Below, piece after piece: positions 30,143 through 42,176 of a stretch of 64,000 nt of DNA. The translations under genes and the position numbers were made by a program. Every line of letters begins with the position of its first letter. The first letter of the stretch is position 1. Origin of the DNA: Longimicrobiales bacterium (lineage in GTDB: Bacteria; Gemmatimonadota; Gemmatimonadetes; Longimicrobiales; Gaopeijiaceae); assembly GCA_965203485.1 (NCBI GenBank), contig OZ241892.1, positions 2,080,001 through 2,144,000 on the forward strand, in the 5' to 3' direction. Under the pieces are notes generated by a model that saw only the letters and a list, made by a program, of their open reading frames with translations, made no database searches and had not been told where the DNA came from.

Positions 30143-30439
30143 TCAGCCGGCCCGGCGCTCGGCAATGAAGGCGTCCACGACGTCGCCGCCGTCTCGCCGT
30201 CGGCGTCGCGCGATGGCGCGGAGGCGCTCGAGCGCGGCCTCCACCGTCCTCAGCCGAACGGCGTCTCCTTCCAAGCTGGCGACCAGCTCCGTCCGCCCCC
30301 GTATGCCCAACGCCTTGCGGAAGCGCGCCGGCAAGACCACGCGGCCCGCCTCGTCGATGGCGACGTGCTCCGTGTCCGCCAAGCGGCCCGGGCGGCGGTT
30401 GGACGGCGGCGAAACGGCATTTTCGCGCGTTTCTGCCAT
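30143..30439 (-). CDS. AbrB/MazE/SpoVT-family antitoxin
   Basis: IDEAGRVVLPARFRKALGI...DAFIAERR, directly upstream of the PIN gene. Confidence 0.88.
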   Translation of the reverse strand: MAETRENAVSPPSNRRPGRLADTEHVAIDEAGRVVLPARFRKALGIRGRTELVASLEGDAVRLRTVEAALERLRAIARRRRRDGGDVVDAFIAERRAG

Positions 30440-30543
30440 GATCGCGGCTTTCTGGTAGATGCGGCCGTTTCTGGTAGGTGCGGCCGCTTATGGCAGGAAC
30501 TGGCGCTTATGGCATGACCATGGACTTCTGCCATGAACGGCCC
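30430..30543. repeat. six tandem 19-bp degenerate repeats over the TA promoter and start codon (putative operator array)
   Basis: Units at 30430, 30449, 30468, 30487, 30506 and 30525 share YTTMTGSYAK. Confidence 0.75.
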
Positions 30544-30689
30544 GGCGTACCATATGGCCGCGTCGTGGCCGGCGGCAAGGGGACGGCCCCTTCGCGCTCC
30601 AAAGCCGGCGTAGACGCAGAATCGCGCGGGCGACGGCGCGGCCGGCCAATGCCTCGGGCGCAAGAGACGGATCGACTGCGGTGACGACG

Positions 30690-30915
30690 GCGCGATTGCC
30701 TCAACTGGATTCGGGGAGCTCGTCCGCCACTCGTCGCGCGAGCTTGTCCGCCAATGGTCTCGTCGCCTTCCCAGCTCGCCCGCCATTCCCGCAGCGTGGC
30801 CCAAGGTTGCGCAACCCTTGAAGCGAAAACAAGTCGGCGCCCAACGGCACCACGATGAAGTCGCTCGCGATCAGCGCCGATCTATTGATGGCGCCCAGGT
30901 TCGGACCGAGGATCG
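30690..30915 (-). pseudogene. ParA-family ATPase fragment
   Basis: LGPNLGAINRSALIASDFIVVPLGADLFSLQGLRNLG, then a frameshift. Confidence 0.7.
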
Positions 30916-31758
30916 ATTCTATACAGCGTTACGTGACTCAACAAGCGCGCCAGCGGATGGCTCGGGAAGAGAAACAGCGCCGAACGCGACGGAGGCAACA
31001 TCCTGGCCGGGCCGTCAGCCAAACCGGTAGCGATTCGCAATTCGTCGGCAGGCCGATGCACCAGGCTGGCATTGTGCTTGAGCTTTTCTTCAATCCGCGG
31101 AGCGTCTTGCAAGTCGATGGTCAAACCGTATCGCGCGACCTCCGGCGGAGGCTCGAACGCGGGCAACGTCCAATCCATGGCGAATTTCAGTCGCCGGTTG
31201 TGCGGAGCGTAGCGCTTGGCCGAGCGAATGTTCTCCGCGCCGCCATGCGCGCGCAACGCGTCTTCGACATCGACCCGGATTACGCGCGTCCGAAGAAATC
31301 CAGAGCATCGAAGTGATTGCTCTTTCCGGAACGCCGGGCCTCGACCGCTTGGCGGTTGCGGCTCGGCACCACGGCGCTGCGTCTCTCCATGTCCAAGTCC
31401 GAGGCCGCCGCCACGTACTCGCGGGCGAGCGCACCGAAGAGACGCTCGGCCGCCGCCCCGCTGGCGCTGGCGGCCGGTGCGGAAGACGGCTACCTGCACG
31501 AGAATACCTGGGCCACGCCTTCGCCGTACCTGCACCATCTCGGCCCGCACCGGCTTCGGCATCGTCGGATCGTTTGCGTTTGTCCGTCCCAAACGCTATT
31601 GTTGCGGCATCCTTCACCGTTCCGTCCCGGCGGGCCACGCGCCAGACCTCCGCACCCGAACCTTGTGAGCGTAGCGACGTCGTCCCCGGGCGGGGCGGTG
31701 ACGGTCTTCCTTCCGGCAGGCTTGCCTGCGCCGCGGTTCCTTGGACGGGCTCCGGCCG

Positions 31759-33138
31759 TCAGCGTCCCCGCCAGCCCAGGTGCGGCGACCAGTCCGGGTC
31801 TTCCGCCCGCGCGCCCCGCACGCCGACAAGCAGCCGAATCCGGCCCGAGCCCGAGTCCACCACGTAGACTCCGCGCTCGGCGGTGAAGACGATGTGACGG
31901 CCGTCGGGCGCCCAGCTCGGGTCCTGGTTGTCGCCTTGGCGGGTGAGCTGGACTAGGCGCGAGTCGCCGGTCTCCGTGTCGGCCACGAGGATCTGGTGGA
32001 GGGTTCGCCGGCCCCGAATCCTGCCCGCGAAGGCAACTTTGCTCGACGTGGGCGACCAATCGGGATCGGCGAAGTAGCCTCCCTGTCCGTATCGGTAGGG
32101 CGACAGCAGGCGGGCGTCCCCGCCGCTCGCCGGCATCACGTATATCTGGGGCGTGGCGACGCCCAAGCGGTTCGACGTGAAGGCGATCTCGTCGCCGCTC
32201 GGCGAATAGGTCGGCTGGTAGTTGCGGTGCCGGCCGGCGCCGAGGCTGGCCAAGCAGCAGTCGTCGCGGACGGCGTACTCGAAGAGGCCGTCGCCGACCG
32301 CTCCGAGCAACGCGAACGCCAGCCTGTCTCCGTCCGGATGGTACGCGGGGGTGATCTGCTGGCCCGGCCGGCCAGGTTCGAGCCGGCGCTCGGCGCCGTC
32401 GGCCAGGGCCCGTTCGTAGATGCGGGGCTCGCCGGACTTCCACGACGTGTAGCTGATGCGGTCGCCGGCGGGCGACCAGACGGGCGAAGCCGTGTTGCTT
32501 TCGTCGCGCGTGAGCCGACGCAGGTCTTCGCCGTCGGCGTCGACGACGTATATCTCCGTGGCCACGGCGTCCGGGTCGGGGCGCATGGAGAAGGCGATGC
32601 GCGTGGCGGCAGCCCCAGGATCTCCCGTCGCCCACAGCACCACGGCGTCCGCGGCTTGGTGGACCGCCATGCGGAAGTCTTCGTGCCTAGGCGGCGGGAT
32701 CGGGAAGCGGCCCTGCTCCAGCACCCGCGCGTAGACGACGTCGTGCAGTTCGACCAGCAACTCGGTGCCCGGGCCCCGGCGCTCGACGACGCCGGTGACC
32801 ACCAGATCGACGCCGAAGCCGTCCCAAAGACCGTAGTCGACCCCGCCGCCCGCCAAGCCGGCGGGCAAGGAGTCCACGACGCGAAACCGGTCGCTGTAGC
32901 GCAGGTCGCGGCCCATGATCAACTCGGCTTCCACCGCGACGGCGTGCGCCGCCCCCTCGCCGTAGAACGGCATCAAGGCCAGCGGGCGCAGATAGTCGGC
33001 TTCGTACACGAGGCCCAGCGACACGCCCGGAATGACGTTGTCCTCCTGCGCGCCCGCCCGTTGCGCGGCGCCACCCGCCGCAAGGAGGAGCACGGCCCCC
33101 GCGACCCCCCCGCGCGCGCCGCCCCAGGCGCCGTTCAT
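31759..33138 (-). CDS. tolB: Tol-Pal beta-propeller protein TolB
   Basis: TolB N-domain (DLRYSDRF) and PD40 repeats (SPVWSPAG, PTYSPSG, PDWSP, PSWAPDG). Confidence 0.9.
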   Translation of the reverse strand: MNGAWGGARGGVAGAVLLLAAGGAAQRAGAQEDNVIPGVSLGLVYEADYLRPLALMPFYGEGAAHAVAVEAELIMGRDLRYSDRFRVVDSLPAGLAGGGVDYGLWDGFGVDLVVTGVVERRGPGTELLVELHDVVYARVLEQGRFPIPPPRHEDFRMAVHQAADAVVLWATGDPGAAATRIAFSMRPDPDAVATEIYVVDADGEDLRRLTRDESNTASPVWSPAGDRISYTSWKSGEPRIYERALADGAERRLEPGRPGQQITPAYHPDGDRLAFALLGAVGDGLFEYAVRDDCCLASLGAGRHRNYQPTYSPSGDEIAFTSNRLGVATPQIYVMPASGGDARLLSPYRYGQGGYFADPDWSPTSSKVAFAGRIRGRRTLHQILVADTETGDSRLVQLTRQGDNQDPSWAPDGRHIVFTAERGVYVVDSGSGRIRLLVGVRGARAEDPDWSPHLGWRGR

Positions 33139-33926
33139 CCTCCGCCTCTCCGGCCCGGCGGAGAAAGCTCTATCTCGACGGGGACCGTGTCCCAGGGAAA
33201 ATCGTCCGGAAGCGGACCCAGGCGTCCCGCCTTGCCGATGCACTCGGCGGCGCCCATCGCGTCCAAGTCGAAGGCGAAGCTGCCCGACGACTCGGCGATC
33301 CCGATGCCGGACGTGCTGCCGTCGCGACGAACGACGAACCGGACCTTGGCGGCGCGGTCCTGCTGAGTAGGCCGAAAGCATCGCTTCATCTGCCGTATGA
33401 GGTTGTCCCAGTACTCCGGATGGTCCCGCTGCATGCCTTCTTGGCGGACGTTGATGTTCTCGCCGCCCTCTTCGGCGTCCGGCTCCTCCGAAGCGTCCGC
33501 GGGCGCAGGCTCGGGCTCGGGGGGCGGCGTCTCCGCGGAGTCGGGAGGGGGCGCGGTCTCGGACGGTTCGAGCGGCGGAGGCTCCGGCTCCGCGGGCTCC
33601 GGCTCCGGTTGCGGTTCCGGCTCGGGCAACGCCTCCTCGGCCACCGCTTCGGCAGGCTGCTCCGGCGGCGCGGCGCTGGGCGTCTCCACGACCAGCTCGT
33701 CCTCGGGCGGCGGGGGCGGCGCGCGCTCCTCGACGGGGGCGGACGCCGGGGGCGGCGAAACGACGCGGATCCGGATCACCTCGTACAGCACCGGCTTCTC
33801 CCGGGCCAGCGGACCCCAGAACACCAGCGCGAGAACGGCGGCGTGGCAACCGACGGACACGCCGAACGCCCCGGATCCCAACGGTCTCATGCCCGCACGC
33901 ACCGGCGGCCGGCGGTCGCCGCTCAC
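33135..33926 (-). CDS. TolA/TonB-family energy transducer
   Basis: N-terminal TM with S-xxx-H, Pro/Glu-rich linker and C-terminal TonB domain (RDG...ESSGSFAFD). Confidence 0.85.
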   Translation of the reverse strand: MSGDRRPPVRAGMRPLGSGAFGVSVGCHAAVLALVFWGPLAREKPVLYEVIRIRVVSPPPASAPVEERAPPPPPEDELVVETPSAAPPEQPAEAVAEEALPEPEPQPEPEPAEPEPPPLEPSETAPPPDSAETPPPEPEPAPADASEEPDAEEGGENINVRQEGMQRDHPEYWDNLIRQMKRCFRPTQQDRAAKVRFVVRRDGSTSGIGIAESSGSFAFDLDAMGAAECIGKAGRLGPLPDDFPWDTVPVEIELSPPGRRGGG

Positions 33927-34336
33927 CTGGAAAGCTCTCGCGCGATGAGGGACAAGACTGCTCCTTCCTGTCTCACGACGGTGGAGATCACGTCGAACAC
34001 GCTGCCGTACAGCGCCGCCGTGTCGCCCTTGACGAACACGGCCTTGGTGTCGCTCTCGCGCAACAGGCGGGCCAGGAATCCTGCCACGTCCTCGCTGGGC
34101 ACGTGCGTGGCGCCGAAGAACACGGAATCCGTCGCCGTGACGCTGACGATGATCTGATCGTCGGTGGCTTCGATGACGCCCACTTCGCCCTCGGGCAGGT
34201 TGACCTCGACGCCGCCCTGCAGCACGGGCGCGGTGATGATGAAGATCACCAGCAGCGTGAACGCGACGTCGACGAGGCTGGTCACGTTGATCTCCGCCCT
34301 CACGGGAAGGCGGCCGGCGCGCTCGCGCCCAGTCAT
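33923..34336 (-). CDS. tolR: TolR/ExbD
   Basis: EINVTSLVDVAFTLLVIFIITAP...VNLP...VKGD. Confidence 0.88.
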   Translation of the reverse strand: MTGRERAGRLPVRAEINVTSLVDVAFTLLVIFIITAPVLQGGVEVNLPEGEVGVIEATDDQIIVSVTATDSVFFGATHVPSEDVAGFLARLLRESDTKAVFVKGDTAALYGSVFDVISTVVRQEGAVLSLIARELSR

Positions 34337-34406
34337 GCCCGCCGTCCCGTCGCCAGCGGCCGCGCCTGCCGCGGCGCAGCTCGATGAACGCCGACCCGGC
34401 TCCGAG

Positions 34407-35126
34407 TCATATTCGCCGCTCCTTCGCCAGCGCCCCGATGAACTCGCTCGCGAACCCCTCCAGTTCTCCGTGCACCAAGTTGAGCCGCGACACGAAGTGG
34501 TTGTACGCCATCACCGCGGGGATCGCCACGGCCAAGCCCGCGACGGTCGTGATCAGCGCTTCCGCAATGCCCGGCGCCACTGCGGAGATGTTGGTGGAAC
34601 CGACTCGCGTGATGCCGAGGAACGTGTTCATGATGCCGATGACGGTCCCCATGAGACCCAGCAACGGCGACACCGATCCGATCACCGCCAGCCACGTGAG
34701 CCCGTGGGCCAAGTCGTCCGCCTCTTCCGCGCGGACCTTGTCCATGACCATGCGCAGCGCCTCGAGCTGGGTAAGCGACAGGCCGGGGACGCCGTCGCGC
34801 TGAGCGGGCTCGCCGAATCCGCCCGGACGAAGCTCCTCCACGAAGCTGCTCCCCTCCCTGAAGACCCGCGCGTACGGCGAGTCGGGAAGCGCGCGCACGA
34901 TCACCTGAGCTTCGCTTAGGCTCATTCCGTCTTCGAGGCGGTCCAGAAACTCGTCGCCGTCCCTGCGCACGCCGCGAAAGTGCCTGAGCTTCGCCAGGAT
35001 CACCCAGAGGGCGATGACCGAAAAGAGGAACAGAACGCCCAGAACGACGTGCGTGGGCCAGCTGGCCGCCAGCACCATGTCGACCGGCCCCAAGGGCACG
35101 CGCATCTGGAAGTAGGCCGAACTCAT
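34407..35126 (-). CDS. tolQ: TolQ/ExbB/MotA-family proton channel
   Basis: SPLLGLMGTVIGI...VAPGIAEALITTVAGLAVAIPAV. Confidence 0.9.
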   Translation of the reverse strand: MSSAYFQMRVPLGPVDMVLAASWPTHVVLGVLFLFSVIALWVILAKLRHFRGVRRDGDEFLDRLEDGMSLSEAQVIVRALPDSPYARVFREGSSFVEELRPGGFGEPAQRDGVPGLSLTQLEALRMVMDKVRAEEADDLAHGLTWLAVIGSVSPLLGLMGTVIGIMNTFLGITRVGSTNISAVAPGIAEALITTVAGLAVAIPAVMAYNHFVSRLNLVHGELEGFASEFIGALAKERRI

Positions 35127-35193
35127 GCGGAGCGAGCACGCACGCGGTCGGTTGGCGGAACGGGGCTTCCGCCCGACGTCTCGCAGCAGGGGT

Positions 35194-36186
35194 TCACGTG
35201 GGCCGAGCGGGGGCGAGCGTTGCGGCCACGTAGTCGAGGGCTTCGCCGAGGCCGTCGGCCAGGCGCGTCCGCGGCGACCAGCCGGCGACGGCCTGGAGCT
35301 TCGTCGGCGAGAGAGCGCTGTGACGAACTTCGCCGGCGCGCGCGTCCACGTGCCGGCGACCGGGATCCGTCCCGGACGCTTCGGCCAGGAGGTCGGCGAT
35401 CTCGTTGACGGAGGTCTGGGTCCCGCTGCTGACGTTGAAGGCCCGCCCGTCCACGCTTCCGTCGGCCGGGAGCGCCAGGTCGGCGAGAACCATGTTGGCC
35501 TCCACGACGTCGCCGACGAAGACGAAGTCCCGCGCCTGGCGGCCGTCGCCCATGATCGTCAGCGGATCGCCTCGCACGAGTCGGCCGCAGAAGGCCGAGA
35601 TCACTCCCGTGGTGCGGTGAGGGCTCTGGCGCGGCCCGTAGACGTTGCTGTATCGCAGCGTCACCGACTCGATGCCGCGCGTCTCCCGGTAGAACGCCAA
35701 GTAGCGCTCGCACGCCAGCTTGGCGATGGCGTAGGGCGAGACGGGCTCCTTGGGGGCTTCTTCGCCAAGAGGAGGCGTTCCGTGCCCGGCGTCCGCGTAG
35801 ACGGCCGCGCTGGACGGGAAAAGGACCCTGCTCGCACCCGGCCGGCAGGCGCTCTCCAGGACGTTGATCAGTCCCAGGACGTTGATCCGCGCGTCCGTCG
35901 CCGGGTCGTCCACGGACGCCCCGACGTCGATCTGCGCCGCATGATGGCTCACCAAGTCGAAGTGCGCGTTGCCGACGACGTCGCCGAATTGCGGGTCCGC
36001 GACATCGACCTCGTGGAAGACGGCCTCGGGCGGCACGTTCTCGCGGCTCCCGTGCGAGAGGTCGTCCACGACCCACACTTGGTCGCCTCGGGCGACGTGC
36101 GCTTCCGCGACTTGGCTCCCGATGAAGCCGGCGCCGCCGGTCACGAGCACCCGCCGGGCCTTGGAGACGATTCGTTCGGAGACCAT
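35194..36186 (-). CDS. NAD-dependent epimerase/dehydratase (GalE-like)
   Basis: VLVTGGAGFIGS, YAIAK, LRYSNVYGPRQ, RDFVFVGD. Confidence 0.92.
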   Translation of the reverse strand: MVSERIVSKARRVLVTGGAGFIGSQVAEAHVARGDQVWVVDDLSHGSRENVPPEAVFHEVDVADPQFGDVVGNAHFDLVSHHAAQIDVGASVDDPATDARINVLGLINVLESACRPGASRVLFPSSAAVYADAGHGTPPLGEEAPKEPVSPYAIAKLACERYLAFYRETRGIESVTLRYSNVYGPRQSPHRTTGVISAFCGRLVRGDPLTIMGDGRQARDFVFVGDVVEANMVLADLALPADGSVDGRAFNVSSGTQTSVNEIADLLAEASGTDPGRRHVDARAGEVRHSALSPTKLQAVAGWSPRTRLADGLGEALDYVAATLAPARPT

Positions 36187-36290
36187 CGTTTCGCGCAGCG
36201 GCCAAGCCTCGGCATCTCGGTCGTGTCGCAGCTGGGGCGCGTGCAAGGGCCCCGCCCCGGGCAAGTCAAAATGTAGTGGAGAGCGGGGAC

Positions 36291-37151
36291 TCAGCCGGGG
36301 CGCCATTCCCTCACGTAGTCGGGCTCCCAGTCCGCGATCGAGACGGGCGTCCAGTGGCAGCAGAGCAAGAGTGCGTCCGCCACCGGGAATCCCGCCGGAG
36401 GCGGCGCGACCGCATGGCCCGCGGCGCGCAACAGGCGCTCGTGCGCGACGGCGCCCGCGCCCGCGAACACGGTGCCCGACGGCGGGCGGCTGTTGACGAG
36501 GTCGACGATGGTCCCGCCGTGGGGAGCGACCGCCTCCGCCAACCCCGAATCGCCCGCATGGTAGCAGGCCCCGTAGACGCGGCCGCCGCGCGCGTCGAAG
36601 AGCACGTAGCGGATGTCGGGCCCCTGCCGACGACTGGTGTCGCGCGCCGGACCGCGCTTTCCGGCGCCGGTTCGTTCGCGCGGAAACTCCGACGGGCGCG
36701 GCGGGCGCGGCGAGGGCGGCGGGCGTGCGCATGGAAACTCCGGCGGCAAGTCGGGCTCCGGTCCGAGCGCTTCAGGAGCCGCCGCGGCCGCGGCCAAGCT
36801 CGAAGCGGCGTGGAGGGGCACGGACAGGGCGGCCGCCAGCGCCTTGGCGACCGCGGCGCCGGTCCGGACGCCGGTGAACGATCCCGGGCCGGCTCCCGCG
36901 ACAACGGCGTCCAGGTCGCCGAGCGCGGCCCCGGCCTCGTCCAGGACCTCGGAGACGGCGGGCACGAGCCGGGCGCCGTGCTCGCGTTGCCGCGGCAGGA
37001 ACCGGCGGGCCGCAACCACGCCTTCGATCGCGAGCGCGACGGAGCCCACGCGCCAGGAAGTCTCGATCGCCAGAACGCAGCTCGGTCGCCGGTCCGGTCC
37101 CGAGGCCGCCGACCGGCCGACGGCGGCGGCGCGATCCCGCGGCTCGGTCAC
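36291..37151 (-). CDS. tsaB: tRNA threonylcarbamoyladenosine biosynthesis protein TsaB
   Basis: VLAIETS, GPGSFTGVRTG, DARGGRVY, EPDYVR. Confidence 0.9.
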   Translation of the reverse strand: MTEPRDRAAAVGRSAASGPDRRPSCVLAIETSWRVGSVALAIEGVVAARRFLPRQREHGARLVPAVSEVLDEAGAALGDLDAVVAGAGPGSFTGVRTGAAVAKALAAALSVPLHAASSLAAAAAAPEALGPEPDLPPEFPCARPPPSPRPPRPSEFPRERTGAGKRGPARDTSRRQGPDIRYVLFDARGGRVYGACYHAGDSGLAEAVAPHGGTIVDLVNSRPPSGTVFAGAGAVAHERLLRAAGHAVAPPPAGFPVADALLLCCHWTPVSIADWEPDYVREWRPG

Positions 37152-37612
37152 CTGCCCTCGGCCACGAGCCTCGGCAACGGGGCCGGCTCTCCGATCCGGC
37201 GAACTTCCAGCTCGCGCAGCTCCGGTTCGCCGGGCACCATGCGCAACGCGATCTCCCAACGGTCCGCCGGGCGCGCCGATCCGGCCCGTTCCGGCCACTC
37301 GACCAGGACCAAGGCCGGATCCGCCAACATGTCCTCCCAGCCGATCGCCGCCAGCTCGTCCTCCGAGCGGACGCGGTACAGATCCGCGTGCACCACGGCG
37401 CGGGCGGGCTGGTCCGGCAACTCGTAGCGAAACACCAGGTTGAAGGTGGGAGAAGGCATGAATTCCTCGACGCCCGCCCCGGCGGCGACAGCGCGCGCAA
37501 CGACCGACTTGCCCGCCCCCACCGGCCCCGCGAGGCCCAGGAACACGGGCGGCCGAGAGGCCGTTCCGATCCGCCTGCCCCATGCGGCCAGCTGCGCCTC
37601 CGTCAGCCGCAC
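37148..37612 (-). CDS. tsaE: tRNA threonylcarbamoyladenosine biosynthesis ATPase TsaE
   Basis: GPVGAGKS, SPTFNL, HADLYR, VEWPE. Confidence 0.93.
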   Translation of the reverse strand: MRLTEAQLAAWGRRIGTASRPPVFLGLAGPVGAGKSVVARAVAAGAGVEEFMPSPTFNLVFRYELPDQPARAVVHADLYRVRSEDELAAIGWEDMLADPALVLVEWPERAGSARPADRWEIALRMVPGEPELRELEVRRIGEPAPLPRLVAEGR

Positions 37613-37733
37613 CGCTGGTCCTCGCCGGCCGCGCCGCCGTTCCCGTCCGGCGAGACTCCCGGCGGCACGGGTCCCGCCGGCCGCACCGTCGCGCCTCGGC
37701 GGCCCGCCTCCCAGCGCCAGCTCCCGCGACGCC

Positions 37734-39716
<1,983 letters not shown>

Positions 39717-39731
39717 CTCGGGTACTCCTCG

Positions 39732-42062
39732 TCACGCCGCGTCGTCGTCCGCCGGCTTCCGCAGAGCCGCGGGGCCGCCGCCATCGCCGATCCCTGCGCC
39801 TGCCGCCGCGAGTCCGCCGCCGTCGGTGCCCGCTGCCCCGGGGCCGCCATCGCCGTCGGGCGTCCCGCCCGGCAGGTCCGCGTGCCGGAAGCTCTCCCGG
39901 CGCTCGACCGACACCACGCCCTTCACCCGCTTCACCGCTTCCATCACCTTGCGCAAGTGGCTGAGATTCTGCACTTCCACGACGAACGCGGCCTTCATGC
40001 CCCCGTCGGTGGCGCGCATGTCCGCGTGCTGGATGTCGGTGGCGGTTTCGGTGATCGTCTTGGCAACGTCGCTCAGCAACCCGCGCCGGTCCGTTCCCTC
40101 CATGTGAAGGTGGACGAAGAAGCGGTCGTCGCGCTCCGCCTTCCATTCGATCTCGATCCGCCTGCCGGGATCCCTGTCCAAGGCGTGCGCGTTCGGGCAA
40201 TCGTTGCGGTGAATCGAGATGCCTCTTCCGCGCGTGACGTAGCCGATCACGTCGTCGCCGGGCACCGGCTGGCAACACTGCGAATAGCGGACCATCAAGT
40301 CGCCCATCCCCTGAATCGTCACGCTGTCGTTCGACTTGCGGATCTTCTCGGCGATGCGCTCCAAGGCGGACGGCGACCGCTTGACGACGACCGCGGGATC
40401 CTCGCCGGGGAAGAAGGCCCGGATGACGGCCGAAGGCCCGATGCTTCCCCGCGCCAGCGCGGCTAGGGTCTCGTCGAAGTCGGAGAATCCCAGGTCCTTC
40501 GCGACGCGCGCCCGCTCGCCTTCGCCGGGCTTGGGCCGGCGGGCGCGCCGAAGCTCCCGCTGAAACAGCTCGCGTCCCAAGCGCAGCGCCTGGTCGAATT
40601 CCTCCCGCCGGATCCACTGGCGAATCCGCTGGCGCGCGCGCGCGGTCTTGACGATCGCCATCCAGTCCCGCGTCGGCTTCTGCCGCGGACTGGTGATGAT
40701 CTCCACCGAGTCTCCGTTCTTCAGTTCACGCGACAGCGGCGCGATCCGCCCGTTGACCTTGGCGCCGGCGCAGTGCAATCCGACTTCGGTGTGCACCGAG
40801 AACGCGAAGTCCAGCGGCGACGCCCCCACGGGCAGCTGCTTCACCTCTCCCTTCGGCGTGAACACGAATATCTCGCCGTGGAACAGGTCCATGTGAAGGA
40901 ACTCCATGAACTCCTCGGGCTCGCTGGCGTCCTTCTGCCACTCCAGGACTTGGCGCAGCCACGTGAGCGCCTCGTCCACACCGGTGCCTTTGCCGTCCTC
41001 CTTGTAGAGCCAGTGGGCCGCGATGCCGTGCTCGGCGGTGCGATGCATTTCGCTCGTGCGAATCTGGATTTCGTAGCGGCGCCCGCCCGGCCCGTACACG
41101 GTCGTGTGGATGGACTGGTACATGTTGGACTTGGGCGTGGCCACATAGTCGTGGAAGCGGTCCTGCACCGGCGTCCAGCGGCCGTGGATGACGCCCAGAG
41201 CCGCATAGCACATGCGGATCGACTTGGTGATCACGCGCAACGCCATGAGGTCGTATATCTCGTCGTAGCTTCGGTCCTGCGTGACCATCTTGCGGTGAAT
41301 CGACCACAGGTGCTTGGGCCGTCCCGTCACTTCGGCGGCGACGCCGGCCTCCTCCAGCGCCTCTTCGAGCGGCCGCTGCATCTCGAGGATGTTGCGCTCG
41401 CGCGCGCGCCGCCGTTGCCGCACCAGCTTTCGCAGGTCGCCGTACGCCCTTGCGTCCAGGTGCTTGAAGGCCAAGTCCTCGAGCTCCCACTTGATCGACG
41501 CGATCCCCAGCCTGTGCGCCAGGGGCGCGTATATCTCGCGCGTCTCGCGAGCCACCGCCTCCTGCTTTCCCGGCGGCATGTGGTCGAGCGTGCGCATGTT
41601 GTGCAGCCTGTCGGCCAGCTTGACCAGGATGACGCGAACGTCGCGAGCCATGGAGAGGAGAAGCTTGCGGTAGTTCTCGACCTGCTGCTCGGTGTGCGAG
41701 CGGAACCGAACTCGCCCGATCTTGGTGACGCCGTCGACGATGGCGCCGACTTCCTCGCCGAAGAGCTCGCGAATGCCCTGAAGCGACACCGTCGTGTCTT
41801 CGACGACGTCGTGGACGAGCGCCGAGACCACGGACGCCGTGTCCAGGCGCAGTCCGGCAACGATCGCGGCCACCTCCACGGCATGGCTGACGAAGGGCTC
41901 GCCGGACGCCCGCCGCTGCTCCGAATGGGCCTCCGCGGCGAGTTCGTACGCGGCCAGCACCTCGTCCACGTCGAAGCGGCCCTCCGAGTCCGCCACCGCC
42001 CGGGCGAGCGGCTGCGGGAGCTTGCGGATCGTCCTCGCGCGTTCGGTCGTCGTCGTCGCCAT
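39732..42062 (-). CDS. bifunctional (p)ppGpp synthetase/hydrolase RelA/SpoT
   Basis: HDVVED, KLADRLHNMRTL, GRPKH, EIQIRT, TGS and ACT domains. Confidence 0.96.
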   Translation of the reverse strand: MATTTTERARTIRKLPQPLARAVADSEGRFDVDEVLAAYELAAEAHSEQRRASGEPFVSHAVEVAAIVAGLRLDTASVVSALVHDVVEDTTVSLQGIRELFGEEVGAIVDGVTKIGRVRFRSHTEQQVENYRKLLLSMARDVRVILVKLADRLHNMRTLDHMPPGKQEAVARETREIYAPLAHRLGIASIKWELEDLAFKHLDARAYGDLRKLVRQRRRARERNILEMQRPLEEALEEAGVAAEVTGRPKHLWSIHRKMVTQDRSYDEIYDLMALRVITKSIRMCYAALGVIHGRWTPVQDRFHDYVATPKSNMYQSIHTTVYGPGGRRYEIQIRTSEMHRTAEHGIAAHWLYKEDGKGTGVDEALTWLRQVLEWQKDASEPEEFMEFLHMDLFHGEIFVFTPKGEVKQLPVGASPLDFAFSVHTEVGLHCAGAKVNGRIAPLSRELKNGDSVEIITSPRQKPTRDWMAIVKTARARQRIRQWIRREEFDQALRLGRELFQRELRRARRPKPGEGERARVAKDLGFSDFDETLAALARGSIGPSAVIRAFFPGEDPAVVVKRSPSALERIAEKIRKSNDSVTIQGMGDLMVRYSQCCQPVPGDDVIGYVTRGRGISIHRNDCPNAHALDRDPGRRIEIEWKAERDDRFFVHLHMEGTDRRGLLSDVAKTITETATDIQHADMRATDGGMKAAFVVEVQNLSHLRKVMEAVKRVKGVVSVERRESFRHADLPGGTPDGDGGPGAAGTDGGGLAAAGAGIGDGGGPAALRKPADDDAA

Positions 42063-42176
42063 CGCTGTCCCCGGCCTCCGTCAACCCTCGTTCAACGGTA
42101 AGCGCTCGGCGGGCGAGAGGCATCCCGCGAGGGCGCGGCCTCCAGCGCGGCCAAGGCGCTCGGCACCCGCGTCCAA

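Noticed and set aside
30430..30543. Possible CRISPR array
   Set aside because: The 19-bp period leaves no room for spacers, the repeats are degenerate, and there are no cas genes in the window.
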